64,000 nucleotides of DNA from contig OZ281494.1 of assembly GCA_965637545.1 (NCBI GenBank), forward strand, positions 868,001-932,000, written 5' to 3'. The notes below the pieces were generated by a model, which saw only the letters and a program-made list of their open reading frames with translations, was not told where the DNA came from and searched no databases. Shown one piece after another: positions 36,255 to 58,576 of the stretch. This DNA is from Phallusia mammillata. Lineage: Eukaryota. Every line of letters starts with the position of its first letter. Position 1 is the stretch's first letter. Both the position numbers and the translations under genes were made by a program.

Positions 36255-38483
36255 CTAGTCATCGGTTGTACCCACTTGTAGTTTTTATTTTTTGTTATCA
36301 TAAGAATTGCAGGTTTAACGCGCTTACAAACGTTACCTAAGATTTTTGTAATTAGACTCTGCTTTAACGCAATTATAAAATGTCACCGGTAAAAGAAACT
36401 CGTATATAACGCAATTGATTTTGCAAGTGCAGCCAAAAAAAGTCGTAAAGTTTCAAGAAAAATAAAGCGAAATGAGTTGCCTATAGTTAAGATAGTGTTT
36501 GCTTTGCTGGATGCCAGAGGTATAACATTTGCACATTTGCAAAAGTAAAGGTTGATATATAACGCTCCACGCCAGAGTGACGATCAATCGCTTACAAGTA
36601 TATAAATACTGATCGTTGTTTGTATCTAAGTAAAGTCTCGTATAAATTTACAACAAGTCTTTTCAAAAGTCGCCACTCTCTCAAATTATAAACAAAAAAC
36701 ATGAAAAAGATGTAATCACATTGATGTTTCCTTCTGTGTTTGATCCCATATATCATCATTTTATCAAATCGGTTTATATGATGAGCGGCCGACTCTTATA
36801 ATCACTGTCACTTTCAATTTTCTGATATTTTTAACTAGTTTGTTAGAAGACACCGCAGATGGTAAGATTTGTTTTGTAATCACTTTCATTTTGTGAGCAA
36901 ATAAACGGCTCTGTCCAATCGATTTTGTCACACATAAAATCATTTTAACACCTATAACCGCAGATCTGGACAACAGACGTATCAATAAGAGAGATGACGT
37001 ATTGGGAAGAGACAAACTAAGGGTAGTTGATAAAATTCAGGGTTTGTTTAAGCAACATCGTCATTACAATGAATTATATGACGGAATCTTGCATGGGAGA
37101 GAATTTAGTGAAACTCGACTTGGAGTAGTAGATTGTGGGATAGTGGGATTAGTAGATTGAGTTTAGTTTGCATTATTTCTGTTGGTGAAAAAGGTGGAAG
37201 AACAGTTTTACAGAAAAAAAATACCAGGAAGAATAAGGAGGAAATAGTTGCGCAACCTACAGCCTATAAAAATAAGCTTGTCACAAAGCAGACTATGCGA
37301 TGTTGCTGCACCGAAATACGTAGGAAATACGAAGTTAACTTGTTTGGTTGTGATGTCTCCACCTGTATACACTAAAGTGTGCTTAACAATGCAGTTTTAC
37401 AGCATATTCAAGTAATAAATTCATTTCGAAGTTAATAATGGATGAACGTTTGGATATAAAGGCAGCATTATGTCATGTTTTCCACGTAGCCCTTGTGCAA
37501 CGCAACTAGATGATTTCAATTAGGCACAGGAAACTGCTATGTAGACGATGACTCAGAGGCAAAGCAACAAGGCATTGTTAATCAGGAGTAGCAAACTTGC
37601 ATATGTGCAGTGTATGGGGTCAGTTAAATAAGACTGCTGGAAGGTAAAATATATTTCAGGCGATCTCAGGAATAACCTATTCTTCTAAAAGAAATAATAC
37701 TTGTTATCTGTCATAAATGAAGTTTGCTTTGATTTACGCGAAATTGTTTTTTAAACATCTTCTTCACCAGGAAAGCGAATAAAATGCTCTTAGCAATAAA
37801 GAATGACGTGAGGACATTTTTGGTTTTAACTTTTATTCAGTATTCGACGGGACAAGCAAACGGTAAGTAGCCTATTAGCGCTGTTTTAAAAATACTTGAA
37901 ATAAAGGTTTTTTGAAGTTTTTTACTGTACAAAAATAGTGTTTTACTTTCATACTTCAGGACTTGAACAAATGCTCTCCAACAAAAATGGATTGTTTCTG
38001 GCATTGGCATTTCCAGCAAAAGTTTTGCTATTTTTTTTAATTCGGCTGATTACATCGATGGAAGTTGGTTACATCTGTTAAAATCATCCTTGTTATAAAT
38101 CATCGTACGGTAGTTGCGTAACCGAGCCTTGTTTCAGCTCTAAACAAACAAAAGAAAAGCAAGTTATAACAATAGACATCGAACCCATAACTTGGTCAAC
38201 AAAGAACTGTGCATTGTTTTGCTCACAAAACCAGCGTAACGCATTCTGGTGTCATGAAACAAATCCAAAAGCGTATGAAGTATCTTGCTTTCGAATTACA
38301 GTTTGGAATGGACCATAATAATATTGTTCAAAGTCACGTTCGTCCTGCTTAGTAACAGTAAAAATCATAAATAGTGTGTTGCGTTTTTGCTTCACAGAGC
38401 GTAATCACGCTGGATTACAAAGTATATAATCATTAAATAGGAAAAATGTAAATTAAGTTACTAACCGCGAATTGAATTTTTAG

Positions 38484-41400
38484 CTTACAATAACACAATG
38501 GAGGCAGTGAAGGACAGTGTGTTGATATGATCTGACGATCTTGTGGATGCAAACACTGCACAGGAAAAATGTTCTTTGCTGGGTGGAAATCTTGCAATGA
38601 CTGATGACCCACAGATCAACGCAACTCTCACTAAACTCATGACAGACAAATACACAACAGGTTTGTGATGGCTTTTCATCAAAAAAACATTTTTAATTGT
38701 AATTTTTAATATATTGAATAAATGTTTGTTTCAGATTTACAGCGGGTTTATATTTTTTACGAAGACGAAAATAGGCGATACAAATACTCGTATAATTTGA
38801 CTCAAGTGTATCCTTGGAAAAGTACAGAATCTCTTGGACATCTGTGGTATTTCGATTTGTATGAAAGGTTAAAAACTTTATCAGACTATTTGACGACAAA
38901 TAATGTTTCAAATTTGTTTGTCAAAATTAACACAACCACTTTTGTCCAACAGTAATGTCAAAAATACGATGGAATCCATTTATTTCTGCGATGCTTGGAC
39001 AGAACCGAATTACAAGTGGAGAGTAGATATTGGGACAACATGTGAAGGGCTGGATAGTGAAGGAAATTGGAACGGTGTGAGTTGAAACAAATCAGTTACT
39101 TTAGATATCGCAAAGAAGCCCATTGCAAATTAATAGTTTTAGCTGTTTCATTTAGTCAGCAACAACAGACACATTTGTTACAAAATGTGATATTTGCAGG
39201 ATGGACCTTACAGTTTTCTTTGTTTTCCGACACTACCAAGAGGAAATGCCAAAAAGAAATATTTAACTACAACGGTGGCATAAATTCGTATAAATTGCGA
39301 AGTGTTAATGCGTCATATGAAAGTTTTAACATTTCCAAAGGATCGTTTCTGACACCAAGTAAGCGATTATTTTTTAAAAGAAACGCAAAAACAACCATGA
39401 TGATTTTGGTACACCAACACAATCATTTTTAAGATATCAATGTTCTGATCGGATCTCGTTACAACACTTCGTTGCATGGTTGGTATTGGGGCGACGGATC
39501 TCAAGCAAACTTTCCCGTTTCCAACGTTACAACTTGCCAGCAGGGAGCGTTGCATTATGGGATCGGATGGGAGCAGTCAAGCATGAACTGCAGTAGTGAA
39601 CCGGCTTACTACGCTTGTCAAGTAAAACGTAAGTAATTATAAAACAACAAAACCTGTAATCGCTCACTACGCAGCCTGGATTGTGGTTTTTCTATTAATG
39701 TTATAGATTCAAGTTTTGTTTAAAATTAGTAACATGCATAGGAAATATGTTTTAGTAAACGTTTCTGTGCAAGCCAACTGGTTATGTTGTATATTCAATT
39801 CCAATCATTCATAAGCAACTATTTACTACCTCCAACTTTAACAACGTTGTTTATAGTAAACACGACTGCAAAGATATTTCCATGCAATGCTTCTACTGTG
39901 CTTGTCAGTTGGACTGGACTTGATCAATTCATCAACATTAACAATCTAACAGCTCAGGTAGTAAAACATATATTTTTGTCGTTGTTTCTTATCAAATGAA
40001 AAATATGTCACAAACATGCAGGTCGAGATTCGCGTCAGGGATTTTAATTTGGCAATATCTGTTCTTTATTCAGACAATTCCACGTATATAGAAGATCTTA
40101 CTTACTCCACTTTCTATGAATTCCAGGTCAGCTACTTTAGAAGTGGTTAAACAGAAAAATAACTTATTGTCTATTAAAAAGAATGTGGAACATAAAGTTT
40201 ATTTTGTACTGTTTTTTTCACTAAGATCACAGTGGTTGTCAATGGTTCAATCAACACAAACATCACATCCAATCTGACAATAACAACTCCGGGTAATCCC
40301 CCTCAAAGCTGCTATCCTAAAGGTAAATCTCTTTTTCTTTACGGAAATAAAACCGGTTAAATATCCCGGTAATATTTCCTTCTGAGCAGCGAGCAAAGTG
40401 TTTACTTGATGGCTGATTGGTCAGTGCTCACAAAGTTGTCAATTCTAACCTTGTCCTGATTATTCTAGTATTTCTGAGCAAGAAATTTGAGCGGTATTGC
40501 TTTGATACATTGTAATCCAAACGCATATACCAGACGTAAACGATGCAGAGCAAAACATAAATCGTTCAATTCCCGCCGCAGGCTAGATGTTTCTAGACTA
40601 CGCCTTGCCATATGGTGGTGAATGCTTGGTGACCGGCTGATTCGGTATGACGCCTTTAATGGGCATGGCGTACTGTAATCGTTCATGTAGATTTCCAAAT
40701 AATATTAACATTTTCAAATCAACGACTTTTGTAGTAAACGCGACTGCACATATTTTCCCATGCAACGCTTCAATTGTGCTTGTCAGTTGGACTGGACTTG
40801 ATGAATTTATCAACAGAAACAATTTAACAGCACAGGTGCGAGAACATTTGTGTTGATGTTTAATTCTTGTGCATTTGAACATTAAACAAAGTTTTGTTAT
40901 AATCTGTCATAATTTGACTTGAACCTCTGAAACCACATACAGGTTGAGATTTATGTCCATGGACTGAATCAAACAACCTCTGTTCCATATTTCAATAAAT
41001 CTACAGAAATAGGAAGTCTCGTTCATTCTACTCTGTATGAATTTCAGGTAAGTCTAGTTTTCTTTCAGTATTAAGCTAACAAAACAAATCATAAATACTA
41101 AACCAACCATGTTTTGTACCGCAGGTCACAGTAATTGTCAATTTACTATTGTACTCTTTGTATTCTAGATTGCAGTGATTGTCACTGGTTCAATCAAAAT
41201 AAACATCACATCCAATCTGACAGTAACAACTCCGGGCAATCCCCTTCCAAGCTGTTTTCCTGGACATAACACGGAAAATCCTGCAACGAGTGTTGCATTG
41301 ATTGCTGGTTTGGTGATCGGGCTGTTGCTTCTGGTACTTGTCATTGTTGGGCTGGTGGTCATGTTTATTCGTCGAAGACAAAGGTTTGTCATTAATTGAT

Positions 41401-44400
41401 TTGGCTCACCACGCATTTGGGTAATAGCTTCAGTCGATGCATAATATAATGTTATCCAATGATCCTCACGCACCAACAGAAAGAAAAAACAATGTGTGTT
41501 CTAAAAAAGTGAAACTTTTGCATGGGATTTTCATTGGAAATAAAAACTCTTTATAGTAAGTGAAACTGTTCTATTGCGTTTACAGACCAAGCAAGGATCA
41601 ACCTTTACAAGCAGAAGTTTCTAATCATCATTCTTCACGATTACCACCAGGTTGCTACTTACATTCTTACTTGACGATTTCTTCCTGTGTGCTGCCAACA
41701 ATAAAAAACATAAAAACTGCTTTAACTTCTAAATTGCTAAACACTTTCACGCACAAAAATGTGCAGATACTGTGAGTGTTTATTTCTTACAATCGTGCAA
41801 ATGTTTAAATCATAGGGATAGAGTCGTTTCTTTGCGAATATTAAACATAACTTGTTTTAAGTTGGAAACGGTGCCTACCAAAACGTAGCGCATGAAGCCA
41901 TGTCGAATTCCACCTTGTTTGAGTTGTTCAAGAAAAATGTTGAGTCGGGATTTCTTTTTGCCAACGAATTTGAGGTTTGTTTTGATGCAAATCAATGCCA
42001 ACAAGTACTGTGTAGGCAATATAACATGTCATGGTGGTTTCTCTTTCGCCGATTATTTTATTACTAGGTTAATTTCGTTCTTGTTATCGTAAAATTTAAG
42101 ATGCCGTAAAATAAACCGATATTTCGGTATTTCATCATTTGTACTATCCTTATTTTTAATTTAGAAAATCCAAAACAAAAGCAGAACCAACCGGAGAACA
42201 AGGGACGTGTCACAGTTGCCGCAAAATGCTGTGAGAAACCGATACAAGAATATTTTCCCGTGTAAGTATTAAAGTTAGCAATATGGTAAAGTCGAATAAC
42301 AATAATCAGTAAATTGGTCTCACAGCAACCTGGGTCTAATTAACGTTTATGACAAAAAGTTGTTCAATTTCACTGTTATTTGTAAGCAACTGTACCCAAC
42401 ATTACATGCGAGAGTATTTTGTCACGATTTTATTGCACACAAAGGCAATAATAAAGTTTTGCGGATTATGTCTTGTGCATTATTCCAGTACAGAAATTCT
42501 AAACGTGGCTGTTTCGTTATCGACCAGCAAATAAATGGCTGAAGGCTGGATTACAACGTATGCTTTAAACACATTGTGTAAATATAGTGAAAAGGTAAAT
42601 ATTTTCAGTTAAATAGACACCCGATTTCCAAACAAACAGGATAAACATTAAATCGATATTGTTTGCATTACAGTTGCGCTCAAACAGACCTGTGTTAAAG
42701 ACAGATTTTTATTGGAACGGACAGATGTTTTGATATTGTTTCATTTTGTTTCTACTTCTTCCAGAAAACGCATGAAATTTAAATAGATCTGGCGGTATAA
42801 TTCATGATATATATAAACAGTGCACTGCTTTTTGCATTCTTATAGTTTTCTAGTTCAAATCAGGAATTAATAGGCAACCCAAAGGTGGTTATATCAGACG
42901 TTTGTTCTTTTTTGTTTCATTTGTGCTGGAGACAAGTCAATTGACTATCTGATTGTGAAAGTCCCAACATGATTTTCAAGAAATACAAGTCAAAACGAAA
43001 ATCTAAAAGTGTACGAACGGCCAGCATTAAGAGGTCATTACTTTTCTGTACTAGCCGTTTATTACAATGCAACTGATACGTGTACAATTGACTTCCTGCA
43101 CAACTTGTGGTTGTTCAATAGACGATCATGCTCGAGTGGTTTTGCAAGGAAGCGGTGGAAACGATTACATCAACGCCGCTTATATACCGGGTTACGATAA
43201 CGAGAGGAAGTTCATCGCCACTCAGGGTCCGAAGAAGGAGACAATCAACGATTTCTGGTTGATGGTTTGGCAGGAAAACTCCAACATCATTGTAATGCTC
43301 ACTGGCTTGGTGGAAAACGGAAAGGTTATATTTTTAACTGTTAAAAATAAACGACCTGTAACAGAAAAACAACTTTACCACAAGCAAACCTGATTCCACC
43401 TTTTATTTATCCAACACAATTCCATTATACTGATTTTAATTTGAAAAGTATCTATTTTTTTATTAACATGATGGTCTCAGTTGAACATAAGTGTTTGTTT
43501 AATAACTTTTGTTGGTGTTGCAAAATCTGTTTTTTGCAGCCAAAATGTGAACAATACTGGCCCGATGTTGAATCTCAAAGAAAATTGTCGCCAGTCCTTA
43601 CAGTTCGAACACAACTTGAAATAACCATCGGTGGCATTGTTCAACGGCAGTTCGTAATATCCACGACAACAGTAGGAAAAATATTTGTAACAAATTGGTT
43701 GTAGTGGGTTAAATATGAATTACAAATATGAAAAAGAAACAAATTTAACTTTGTCAATTCAACAAATGTATCGTTTCACAGGAGCAACGAACCATTATAC
43801 AGTTGCAGTTTACAATTTGGCCCGATCATGGGATTCCAGTAACTACATCCAACATGATCCACCTACGTAACATGGTCGATGATTTGCAAAACACAAATGA
43901 TCCGATCATTGTGCACTGCAGGTAAAGACTTGACAAACCCTATGTTTTTTTGATCAATCTATAAAGCATGTGTTTGTATGCAGTGCTGGAGTGGGACGCA
44001 CAGGTACTTACATAGCGATGGACACTTTGTTTCATGAACTTGACGACAAAGGAACAGTTGATGTTCCACGAACAGTTCTGAAGATGAGAGAAAATCGGAT
44101 CGACATGATTCAAAATTCGGTGAGCTTGAGAAACTATGTCAGCTTTTGTTAAATTTTCGTTAATATTCAAAATTATTTAAATGTAAGTTGATTGATAAGT
44201 AAAGCAAAGAATGCTGCTGGATGTACTTTTGCAGCAAGGATTTAAACTGTAAAAGATAATATTGTTACAGAAACAATACATTTACGTCTACAAACTGCTT
44301 GTGGAGCGCGAGAGTCTAAAGGAAACAGATAAAGATGCTACGGAACTACGATCAATGACTTCGAGTGAAATGTGTGCAATATTTTGCAAACAATGTCGAT

Positions 44401-45821
44401 TGTAAAACAATGTAAACTCGGAAAATAGGTTCCCAATAAAACATAACTGATAGTTGTTTATGTTGTAAACATAGGTTCCCACTGCTATTATATATTCAAA
44501 GTTTAATTATGTTTTCAGAGAAGAAATGCAGGAGAAAGAATTAAAAACATTGTCATCTTGGAGATTTGGCGAGAAATGGCAGGAAAATCACCCACAGTTG
44601 AGAACATGTAAATAAATGTCTTACAACGTTAGACATATAATTATCCTGTTAAAAATTGGATTTAGATAAGAACACGTCGGTCAAACTTTGGGACAACAAA
44701 AGTCATAACATTCAGGAGTTGGATGCTTCATACATTCAGGTGAAATTACTCACATTTGCTTATGATCAATGTGAAAAACTGTTTTCGACATTTCCATAAA
44801 ACACAATGTATTTCTTTTAATATACAGAACCATGGGTCTTCAGACTTCATCGCGGCAAGAAATCCTGCAGCTAGAGAACATGAAAACTTCTGGAAGATGA
44901 TTGTGGAGAAAAACGCTTTGGTTGTGGTTGATTTGGAGAGCAGCATTGATGTAAGCTTGTCAACAATTTTGCCGAAAATGGTTTTATACTTTTGAAACAT
45001 GTTACCAATTTAAGATTCCACTCAATGCAGCTTTACAATATGAGGACATTTCGGTATCAGTTCGTGATGAGAATGAAAGCAACGTTCACAATATGATAAC
45101 TCTCGACGTCTGGTCTGCAACCAACGCCTTTGTGAGTTTAGTTTACCTATAATAAAAACAAAGCAGTTGCGATTCTTGTTGTTCTCACATGTTGAATACA
45201 ACCTTTATTTTCTTGTCAGGCTGCCCAACAATTGAAGCTTCTAAAGGTAAAGGGATGGAGTGACGTAAAACGACCTCCGAAAGCAATGGATTTCATCAAA
45301 ATTATCAAGGAAATGCAACGGCAAAAACAGAATTGCAAGTGTGTGTTGGTGGGATGCAGGTGAAAAACAATTTATTATATTAGGCTCAAAATCAACCGAC
45401 CTTCATTAAATGTCTTAAATTAATAAAACGCTTCATACAAGGTCATTTTTACTATTGTAGCTTTACATTGAAAACTACATGAATCAAATTCGTTCGAGTT
45501 TTATTCACTTAAATTAAACTTACTAAATTCTTTCGTGTAATGCCGCAGTAACGGATCAACGAGAACTGGGACCTTCATCGCTCTGGTGAACATTCTCGAA
45601 CGTTTGAAGGCACAAAAGCGGGTGGATGTATTTCGAACTGTGAAAGACCTGAGAGATATGAGACCGAATATGGTCGACAACAAGGTAATTCAAGTAAGGT
45701 TTGTATTTACATATATCCTCTTTTAATCATGTTTATGTTATTACAGGAACTCTACAAATACTGCTACTCTGTCGTCATGCAATATCTGTCTGATTTCGAC
45801 ACTTATTCAAACTTCAAATGA
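38484..45821 (+). pseudogene. Gene 6: CTL(+insert)-2xFN3-TM-PTP D1-D2 paralogue with one in-frame TGA (38528-38530); signal exon not confidently located
   Basis: Exons 38484-38660, 38735-38867, 38953-39074, 39200-39358, 39434-39628, 39857-39957, 40022-40126, 40226-40322, 40735-40835, 40943-41047, 41169-41383 (TM), 41586-41650, 41862-41974, 42165-42261, 43122-43324, 43540-43671, 43782-43921, 43984-44119, 44271-44371, 44519-44607, 44666-44739, 44828-44950, 45015-45131, 45220-45359, 45549-45684, 45747-45821. Paralogues read TTA at the stop position. Confidence 0.82.
40563..40680 (+). mobile_element. 5'-truncated copy of the tRNA-derived SINE
   Basis: CGTTCAATTCCCGCCGCAGGCTAG...TGCTTGGTGACCGGCTGATTCGGTAT aligns with 16131-16250. 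Confidence 0.8.
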
Positions 45822-48237
45822 ACTTTTGAAAAAAAACTCCAAATGAACCAATTGAAGTTAACTATTTTAGAAATATGTTATGAGCGATTACCTTATATAT
45901 ATATATATATAGTCATGAGTTGAAAAGTATTTTCGTGTTTGAAAGAAACTACTTTTGGCGACCTCCTTAGCATTTTTGCATTCGTGTGTATCGAACTGTC
46001 GTTGTCGCCAAATTAGTCAATCTTCTAACATTGAACAGCTGTTGAAAATTTTTTGTCTATTTTTTGTATTAAGGTAGAATGGTAAAGTGTTTAGAAACCC
46101 AAGGAAATTGTCCACAATTCATATATTTAGTAATCACTTGTCATGGGGTCTATGTAAACTACACTGCTGCTCAATTACTCGTTTTAAGATTTTGAAATGG
46201 TTTTTATTTCTAACTTCCAAGGACAGTAGGTGGCGTAAGAGGGTCATTTGTGACCGGTTGCGTTGCCTGCAAATACTTGGCATCAGTCTTGGCCAAAAAA
46301 TCCAACTCACATTGCTTCTTTCCAACTGATTTAGATGTAAGTCGGGTTTTATAAGGTTTTTAACTACGTCAAATCCAAGACCTACGTTTACCACCCGGAA
46401 GTGACAAGGAGACTGGCCTGTATACGTTCAACGCCTCTTACATGTTACCGGATTTTAACCAGAGCAAATAGATGTTGAAACAGATTTAGCTTTGTTTCCA
46501 CGCAGCGGTTTTTCTTTCAGTAAAAGTTGTTTATTTTAACCACACTCAAGCCTCAACTGAAGTAAAGCAGCAATGTGTTGTGAATCAGTAGGGTCGTTAA
46601 GGCAAGTGAGCAATGTGTAATCGTGGGTGTTTTAATCTGTTGCAAGCTTAAAATTTTGAGGCATTGTAAACAGAAGCAAAATCAATCAAATTCGACTGAT
46701 TGCGAATAAATCCCAGCACACTGTCTGGTAAACATTTATTAAGTTATATCTAGACTGTTGCAAACGAGCAAATATTTGTTACAAAGCTAAAGCACAGAAA
46801 AGGCCCAGTTCACTTCCAAAGTAACTCTGGCTCAGGAACAAAAGCAGTACGGCGAGGGGGACATATAGTTACTATACCGGTTCGTTGCTAGTAAACAACG
46901 GGAACAAACATTTTACTAATGGAAATTCCATAAAACAAACGCAAATTAATAAAACTCAAAATTAATACGTTACAACAGATTCAATTGTTTGCAGTAAAAA
47001 GCTGCAGACAGATACGTTCTCATCAACGCAGCTGGTGATAATTATATAGCAAGACTTCGGCAAACTGTCAGATGAAACAGGCTAAAAAACTCTCTACATA
47101 ACTGTTCAATGTTTATGTTACATATGTGCTTTTTGAAACAAAGTGCATCCTTTAGCAAATGGTAACAACAAGCAGAAGTAAAATGTTTTTTCGAATGCAA
47201 CGAAACAACAACGTACTCAAATGACTTTAAAAAGACACATTGAAAAAATACATATTTGAGGCTGAAGACAATTAAATCCCAAGTTTCGCTTACCGTTACA
47301 AAAATCACGTGTGACCTTTATAAGACACCAATGTCAACCAGCTCGAAACTGCCACGTTCAAAAATCACAGTTCAAGATACAAGAACACTAGGGGCGCCAT
47401 AGAGTTTGTGTGACGTACTAATTATTTAACTTCAATACTTCAGTGACAATTCGTTGCATTATGCAAAGCTTGAAGGCTTAATAGTCACAAACCGAATGTG
47501 TGCTTTTTTTGGTGCTGTGCTGTTAATCCAGCATTCTGAACGCGTATAAAAACAGAAGAAAAATTCGGGTCAGATAAGTTTACTGCTTTGCGTGTTAATC
47601 TCACTAGTCTTAAATATTTTTTTGTTGCGGGTACAAACTTTCACAATCCAGACATGTTACTCAATTATACGGTAATTAAACGACAAAACTTACGGTTTGC
47701 ATGTTTCCATGAAAAATGAATAACAATTTGTGGGGTACGTAATTTTTACTGATTGATAATATTCGAATTACAGCGGCTACTGCAAAGTTTTCTAGTCTAG
47801 GTCATGTTGCAAGAAACTGTGCGATTCAGTTTGAAGATTGTGCAAGCTTGCGTACTGTGATGCATGTATGAGGAAATGTGACGCGTATGACGAAATCGTT
47901 GCTCTGTTGAACTGCTCCAGAGCTAACCCTGGTAACGAGTTTCAATTACAGTCAGTGGTACCGTGATGCATTCGATGTAGTGAATCATTTCTATTAGTTA
48001 CAAGAAACTGAAGTAAAGACAAATAGTCAGAGGGAAAGTGACAAGTCTTCGTTAGTCACAAATCCCGAGCAAGCAAACGTGGAAGCTGTTACGTAAGTAT
48101 ATTGTAAAGTTAGGCGAGGATGTATACGAAGTCGTGTCCATAATACAATGGAGTTTATCAAAACGTATATTTAAAAAACAACTACCTGTGTAAACATGGT
48201 TTGTGTACTTTTTTTAGATATCGAAACAGACGCAGCA

Positions 48238-56418
<8,181 letters not shown>

Positions 56419-56981
56419 GCTAAGCACCAAAGCGAATTAAAAAAAATCTTCATTTTCCAACGGGTTTAATTAAACTCAAGCAACTGCTGTCCAACCATAT
56501 TTGCAACTTCGTTTTTGCTCTTTATCGACAGTAATTGTCAAGTCCCCCCAAATCGTTTTTTGTCGGCCTCTTTGTACGCTCGTTATAGGAACCGATCATA
56601 GGTCAGGGTTTCCGGACCTCCTTAGTAACAACTTCTGTAATCAATTAAAAATTGCAAGCAAACCCGAAGCAGAGACCTAAAACCCGAACCACAAATGAAT
56701 AATCCGAACTCCGGCCCAAACCCAATTGTTAGTGAAATTATTTCGCATATTCATCCAATGTTTATCGTTATTCTGTGATACACTTGTGTAATATTTGTTG
56801 TAAAAAACGAAAAAAAATGTGTATTTTTGTAACAGCTAATGTAACGTTATTTCACAATGCAACTTTTTTGCGCTATACGGGCTTTGTAGCTGTGAATGAT
56901 TTTTTGTTTCATTTTTTTTTAATTCCTTGTTATTTTCTAATACATGTTTTACCATCTTAGGTTATTGCGACGATTTAATGT

Positions 56982-57642
56982 TGTATCGGACCTTGGACTT
57001 TTCATTTAAAACATATCGGACTCTGGACTTTTTAATTCAAAACATTTTAATTCGTATAATTGTCGTGTCATACCTCACCTTTTTTCTACACAAAAGCTTG
57101 ACCGGCTATTTAAACCTGTTTTTTTTATCACTGAACCGGTCAATTACTGCTTAAGGCTATCGTTTTATCGTCCCCTTACGTGTTAACGTGAAGCAACGTC
57201 TTAATCTGCTTCCAGTCATGTTAAACTTGACACTTCTATAAGCGATTTAAAGAATAATTACGGTTTAGAACACAGTTAATCTTTTCGGGCGTACGTTTTT
57301 ATAACTATGCCGCATAACAACTATTTGACCTGAATGCTATAAAGACCGACGTGTTTTAAACTTAAAATCAGACCTTAAGTTACCTTCAGGCATAAGTGAC
57401 TAGTGACTAGTGACTAGAGTACGCATTAGAATTGATGTCTCACAGTTGATTCGTGCGCGGTGACTTTTGTGTTGCGTGTTTAGCCGCAAGAGGCGTTTTC
57501 GTGGCATGCCTTATTGAAATATAATGGGGGAAAGTTAAACCAGTTTGCGTCTTTTTTAGGTTTGTTTCGACAGTGATAGTTTGTTTGTTTATTAGAGTCA
57601 GATACACGGAGTGTTTAATTGTCTACCCACTGGGTCAGTACA
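56982..57642 (+). repeat. 5' LTR
   Basis: Direct repeat of 60231-60891; contains a ~31-bp tandem duplication at its start and (GTGACTA)x3. Confidence 0.95.
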
Positions 57643-57645
57643 ATT

Positions 57646-57666
57646 TGGTGACGCCCTCTGACGTGA
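57646..57666 (+). other. Primer-binding site, tRNA-Trp-like
   Basis: TGGTGACGCCCTCTGACGTGA lies 3 nt after the LTR; it resembles the complement of the tRNA-Trp 3' end (TGGTGACCCCGACGTGAT) with bulges. Confidence 0.7.
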
Positions 57667-57727
57667 TGAAATTGATTGTCGCGCATTTAATCTTCTGATA
57701 AAATCGCTGTTAACAACGCCTAAATTA

Positions 57728-58576
57728 ATGATGCAGGCAATTGCTAGTTTCGTTCCCGTTTCTGTAAGCGCTGCGACGCATTGCTATAATACGCCGTTTC
57801 AATCTGTATGGACTTCACCAACGGTATTGTATTACTCTGAGACTGAGATACGCCCAGATTATTCTGTCAAGTTTTCAGATAGAAACCAGGCAACATCGCC
57901 GTTTTTGCCACGTAGCCAGGCACCGTGTGATGCACAATATTCTACACTTCGCTATCAAATTAATTCTGCGCCTGTTGGGATTGGTGAACTTAATTTACCT
58001 CCCCTGTGGACGGATACGGTAAGATTTTGGTTTACAACGGTGGAAAACATTTTCCAAAGCCACCAGGTAACGTCCGACGCTGAGAAATTCTGTTTAATTG
58101 TCTCTGTGTTGAACCAGGCACAAGCGCAAAAGGTTAGCCACGTCATTTTAGGTTCTGTTGGTGGTTGTCTTTCGTATGACGATCTAAAACAGGCTCTGAT
58201 AAAGGCTTTTGGCGTTAACCCTGTTGCTAAGGTAAATAAGTCGCTTCCCGATGTTACGTTGGAAAGTAAGCGCCCTAGTGTCTCTGTTGATAATTTGGTT
58301 CCTCCGGGCGATAACCAAGATCCAGTGCCGGTCGCCGAAAAGTTGTTGAATCAGTCGTTTTTGGCGCCTGATTACGGTTTGTCCATGGAAGCTTTGGCTG
58401 AAAACGCTGATCAAATCGCATTGATTAGCGAGCCAACGAACTTTCAGTCTTTTAAGGAAAGCGACACAATTGTCGCCGGCAATAAAAATGTCATTGTCGA
58501 CGCGTGCCGATTCCAGCAACTCGTCAGACGAAACGCCGGTTTGTTTAGATCCGCAGGCGATCTGAGAATCGGATAG
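57728..58576 (+). CDS. gag: Gag-like protein (282 aa)
   Basis: LPPLWTDTVRFWFTTVENIF...KF..IV..L......V...I......YDDLKQALIKAF matches the N-terminal capsid-like motif of CsRn1-type gypsy Gag; the C-terminal Cys/His knuckle is degenerate. Confidence 0.8.
   Translation: MMQAIASFVPVSVSAATHCYNTPFQSVWTSPTVLYYSETEIRPDYSVKFSDRNQATSPFLPRSQAPCDAQYSTLRYQINSAPVGIGELNLPPLWTDTVRFWFTTVENIFQSHQVTSDAEKFCLIVSVLNQAQAQKVSHVILGSVGGCLSYDDLKQALIKAFGVNPVAKVNKSLPDVTLESKRPSVSVDNLVPPGDNQDPVPVAEKLLNQSFLAPDYGLSMEALAENADQIALISEPTNFQSFKESDTIVAGNKNVIVDACRFQQLVRRNAGLFRSAGDLRIG

Noticed and set aside
36764-37375. ORF-track ORFs as a LINE endonuclease or separate gene
   Set aside because: There is only a faint DF..KIDW-like string amid stops, with no coherent motif set.
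37971-38081. Signal-peptide exon of gene 6 (MLSNKNGLFLALAFPAKVLLFFLIRL...)
   Set aside because: It is hydrophobic but has only a weak phase-1 donor and no similarity to the other signal exons, so it is not supportable.
38528-38530. TGA as selenocysteine or programmed readthrough
   Set aside because: Paralogues have Leu (TTA) rather than Cys here and I see no SECIS evidence; a point mutation is simpler.
45893-45911. (TA)n microsatellite
   Set aside because: An ordinary short repeat downstream of gene 6 with no further significance.
56650-56730. Transposon subterminal AACCCGAA-like repeats
   Set aside because: Few degenerate copies and no definable termini.
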